From a virus (taxonomy: Duplodnaviria; Caudoviricetes), in IMG/VR virus record IMGVR_UViG_3300030103_003426, positions 1-27,331 of that record: 27,331 nucleotides of DNA; one strand, given 5' to 3'. How positions within the stretch are numbered: position 1 is the first letter of the stretch; each line of letters starts with the position of its first letter. Below the pieces are notes generated by a model. That model was not told the DNA's origin and searched no databases. It saw only the letters and a list, made by a program, of their open reading frames with translations. The position numbers and the translations under genes were made by a program. Below, in pieces: positions 25,505 to 27,331 of this stretch.

Positions 25505-25855
25505 ATGAGTATAACTGAGAGTAACATATCTGAACTGGTTAGAATGTTGTTAAGGGGCATCAAGTCACCTGTGCCAATAGATCCCATTGCTGCTGCTGAT
25601 GCATTTCAAATCAAGATTGACAAGCATGGTGCAGACTATCCACACTATAATGGTTGTGGATACTTGTACATGAATGGTGATGATGTCATGTTGGTTCACT
25701 TCACTGGTGATGGTGTTGAGTTTGATGACCATGCAGAACATCCAATGACACTTGACTTCATCCGGATTGCTTTGGATGTGCTTCAAGAACAGCAGCTGCA
25801 GTTGGAAACATGTCAGAGTGATGAAGACTCTGATGATGATTGGGAGTGGATTTGA
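25505..25855 (+). CDS. Acidic hypothetical protein, 116 aa
   Basis: Asp/Glu-rich, ends SDEDSDDDWEWI. First gene of the rightward unit. Confidence 0.75.
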   Translation: MSITESNISELVRMLLRGIKSPVPIDPIAAADAFQIKIDKHGADYPHYNGCGYLYMNGDDVMLVHFTGDGVEFDDHAEHPMTLDFIRIALDVLQEQQLQLETCQSDEDSDDDWEWI

Positions 25856-25856
25856 T

Positions 25857-26084
25857 ATGGCAAAACGAACAGAAATTGAGAACTATGCTATATCAAGAAA
25901 GATTGTCCGGTTGATGCGTGAAGGTTTTCCACAAGATCAGGCCACTGCAATAGCTTTCAGAATGTTCAAAGATGGAGAGTTGCCAATACCAAGACAGCCA
26001 AAACAGAAAAGGCAGACCAGAAGACAAAGAATGGATGCATACATGAAACGAACAAAACGCAAGAATCTTAGGAGGAGAAGATAA
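25857..26084 (+). CDS. Basic protein with 'EGxPQxQAxAIA' motif and Arg/Lys tail, 75 aa
   Basis: GGGAG RBS. KIVRLMREGFPQDQATAIAF; C-terminal KRTKRKNLRRRR. Confidence 0.8.
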   Translation: MAKRTEIENYAISRKIVRLMREGFPQDQATAIAFRMFKDGELPIPRQPKQKRQTRRQRMDAYMKRTKRKNLRRRR

Positions 26085-26161
26085 TGTATTACATGAAGCC
26101 AAAGAAGAAGAAGACTGGAACCAAACCTAAAAGAAGAACAAACAGAAGAAGAAGAAAGTGA
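26084..26161 (+). CDS. Protamine-like basic peptide, 25 aa (not in the ORF track)
   Basis: AGGAGG at 26070-26075, TAATG coupling upstream and GTGA coupling downstream. MYYMKPKKKKTGTKPKRRTNRRRRK has 14 of 25 residues K/R. Confidence 0.7.
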   Translation: MYYMKPKKKKTGTKPKRRTNRRRRK

Positions 26162-26343
26162 AACTGGATGCAAAGTTTGACAAAGCAATCATTGATGAAA
26201 AGAATGTTGTCTATTCATTCACAATCATCATGGATATATTGCTGGAGTCAATGGACTACATCCAAGCATTCAAACACTTCTGCATTCACATTCAACCACT
26301 CGAAAAGAATGGATTGCAGATACTTGATGATGAGGTGAAATAA
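26158..26343 (+). CDS. Small acidic hypothetical protein, 61 aa
   Basis: Start and stop overlap the neighbouring genes (GTGA, TAATG). Confidence 0.6.
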   Translation: MKLDAKFDKAIIDEKNVVYSFTIIMDILLESMDYIQAFKHFCIHIQPLEKNGLQILDDEVK

Positions 26344-26819
26344 TGGCTGCCAAAGTCCCAAAGAAATACACCAAAGGTCTTGGAGAATCAACAAAAGACC
26401 GAAGGCGCGCAGAGATTCGGAAAAGATTGAAGGGCAAAGAATCATTCAAGCCATTGCCAGGAGATGCAAAGGCCAAGACCAAACCAAGCAAATACACCAA
26501 GCGGATTGCTGAAACTGGACTGCGTGAAACTATCCAAGAAGAAACAACAAAAGGAACAGGCAGCACCAGAGAACGATTCATAAAAGCAGTTGCTAGAGTG
26601 ACAGAGATTCCAAGACCAATCATTCAAGAAGTATATGAAAAAGGATTGGCTGCATGGGCAGTTGGACACAGACCTGGTGCAACTCAAGACCAATGGGCAC
26701 GAGCCAGAATATATTCATTTCTTGCCAAAGGTCGCACAGTGGAGACAGCAGACAAACAGTTGTTCGAAGATGCACGAAAAGCATTAAATAAGAAGGGTCG
26801 CAGATTTAGATTCACCTGA
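26343..26819 (+). CDS. Basic protein resembling DUF5824, 158 aa
   Basis: GAGG RBS. VPKKY...LPGD...KPSKYT and VYEKGLAAWAVGHRPGATQDQWARARIYSF. The family name is from memory, not from a search. Confidence 0.75.
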   Translation: MAAKVPKKYTKGLGESTKDRRRAEIRKRLKGKESFKPLPGDAKAKTKPSKYTKRIAETGLRETIQEETTKGTGSTRERFIKAVARVTEIPRPIIQEVYEKGLAAWAVGHRPGATQDQWARARIYSFLAKGRTVETADKQLFEDARKALNKKGRRFRFT

Positions 26820-26840
26820 ACCCCTAACGAGGCACACATC

Positions 26841-27331
26841 ATGAAAATAAATAGAGTTTGGGCAATGCCAAACAAAAATACATTCAAAATCAAACCAATA
26901 CATGAATTAATAGAAAAGTATATGGATTCAAACAAAATTTGGATTGATCCATTTGCAAGAACAAACCAATTCAAATGTATCACAAATGATTTGAATACAA
27001 ATTTCAATACTGATTACAATCTTGAATCATTGGACTTTTTGAATATGTTTGAATCAAATTATGTTGATGGTGTTTTATTTGATCCACCATACTCACCAAG
27101 ACAAATGAAAGAATCATATCAAAGCATTGGACTAAAGATGACACAGGAACAAACACAATCCAGGTTTTATTCAAAAAGAAAAGCAAAGATTGCAAAAATT
27201 TTGAAACCAAATGGAGTCTGCATTTCGTTTGGTTGGAATAGCAATGGTATTGGTAAAACAAAAGGATTTGAAATAATAGAAATACTTTTGGTCAGTCATG
27301 GTTCAAATCATAATGATACAATATGTACAGT
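26841..27331 (+). CDS. Small phage amino-DNA methyltransferase (adenine-specific type), 3' end truncated by the window
   Basis: Not in the ORF track because no stop is reached. GAGG RBS; hand translation gives RVWAMPNKNTF, WIDPFA, catalytic VLFDPPYSPRQ (27081), ILKPNG and SHGSNHNDTICT. Confidence 0.85.
   Translation, partial: MKINRVWAMPNKNTFKIKPIHELIEKYMDSNKIWIDPFARTNQFKCITNDLNTNFNTDYNLESLDFLNMFESNYVDGVLFDPPYSPRQMKESYQSIGLKMTQEQTQSRFYSKRKAKIAKILKPNGVCISFGWNSNGIGKTKGFEIIEILLVSHGSNHNDTICT

Larger units (their letters stand above)
1..27331. mobile_element. Tailed bacteriophage genome segment (siphovirus-like), probably most of a small genome
   Basis: Contiguous packaging, head, tail, lysis and replication modules. 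No host genes, integrase or att site seen. The right end truncates a gene. Confidence 0.95.

Noticed and set aside
1-27331. Stop-codon reassignment, since TAG is rare
   Set aside because: Genes tile the window densely under the standard code. TAG ends the holin gene (20094-20096), and its rarity follows from TA depletion.
27300-27331. Window ends joining as a complete circular genome
   Set aside because: No terminal repeat was seen, and joining to position 1 gives an implausible methyltransferase C-terminus (VCHHHDFF...). Some sequence is probably missing.

Overview
The whole window reads as most of one small siphovirus-type tailed phage genome (Caudoviricetes), almost all on the + strand, with no host genes, integrase, DNA polymerase, tRNA or CRISPR that I can see. 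Gene order: TerS, membrane protein, two XRE-HTH genes, TerL, portal, scaffold, a three-gene head-decoration/fibre cassette, major capsid protein (own sigma70-like promoter), head-tail genes, major tail protein, tail chaperones with a -1 slippery site, a displaced HK97-gp10-like gene, tape measure, a 1062-aa Asp-box tail-tip protein, hub protein, amidase endolysin and holin. Then come a divergent control region, small genes with two more HTH proteins, RusA, a split primase plus VirE-type helicase, a mirror-symmetric AT-rich origin candidate, a cluster of very basic small proteins led by an acidic protein, and a DPPY methyltransferase cut by the window end. Best leads: (1) a translationally coupled acidic-protein/protamine-like/basic-protein operon at 25.1-26.8 kb, including an unannotated 25-aa peptide; (2) a Cys6-His ORF overprinting an HTH gene and coupled to the TerL start; (3) three TGTTAnnnT-N6-ATG leaderless promoters; (4) an exactly symmetric iteron origin; (5) an EF-hand loop inside the endolysin catalytic domain; (6) strong CpG and TpA depletion. 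All product calls come from motifs and synteny read by eye; no database searches were run.
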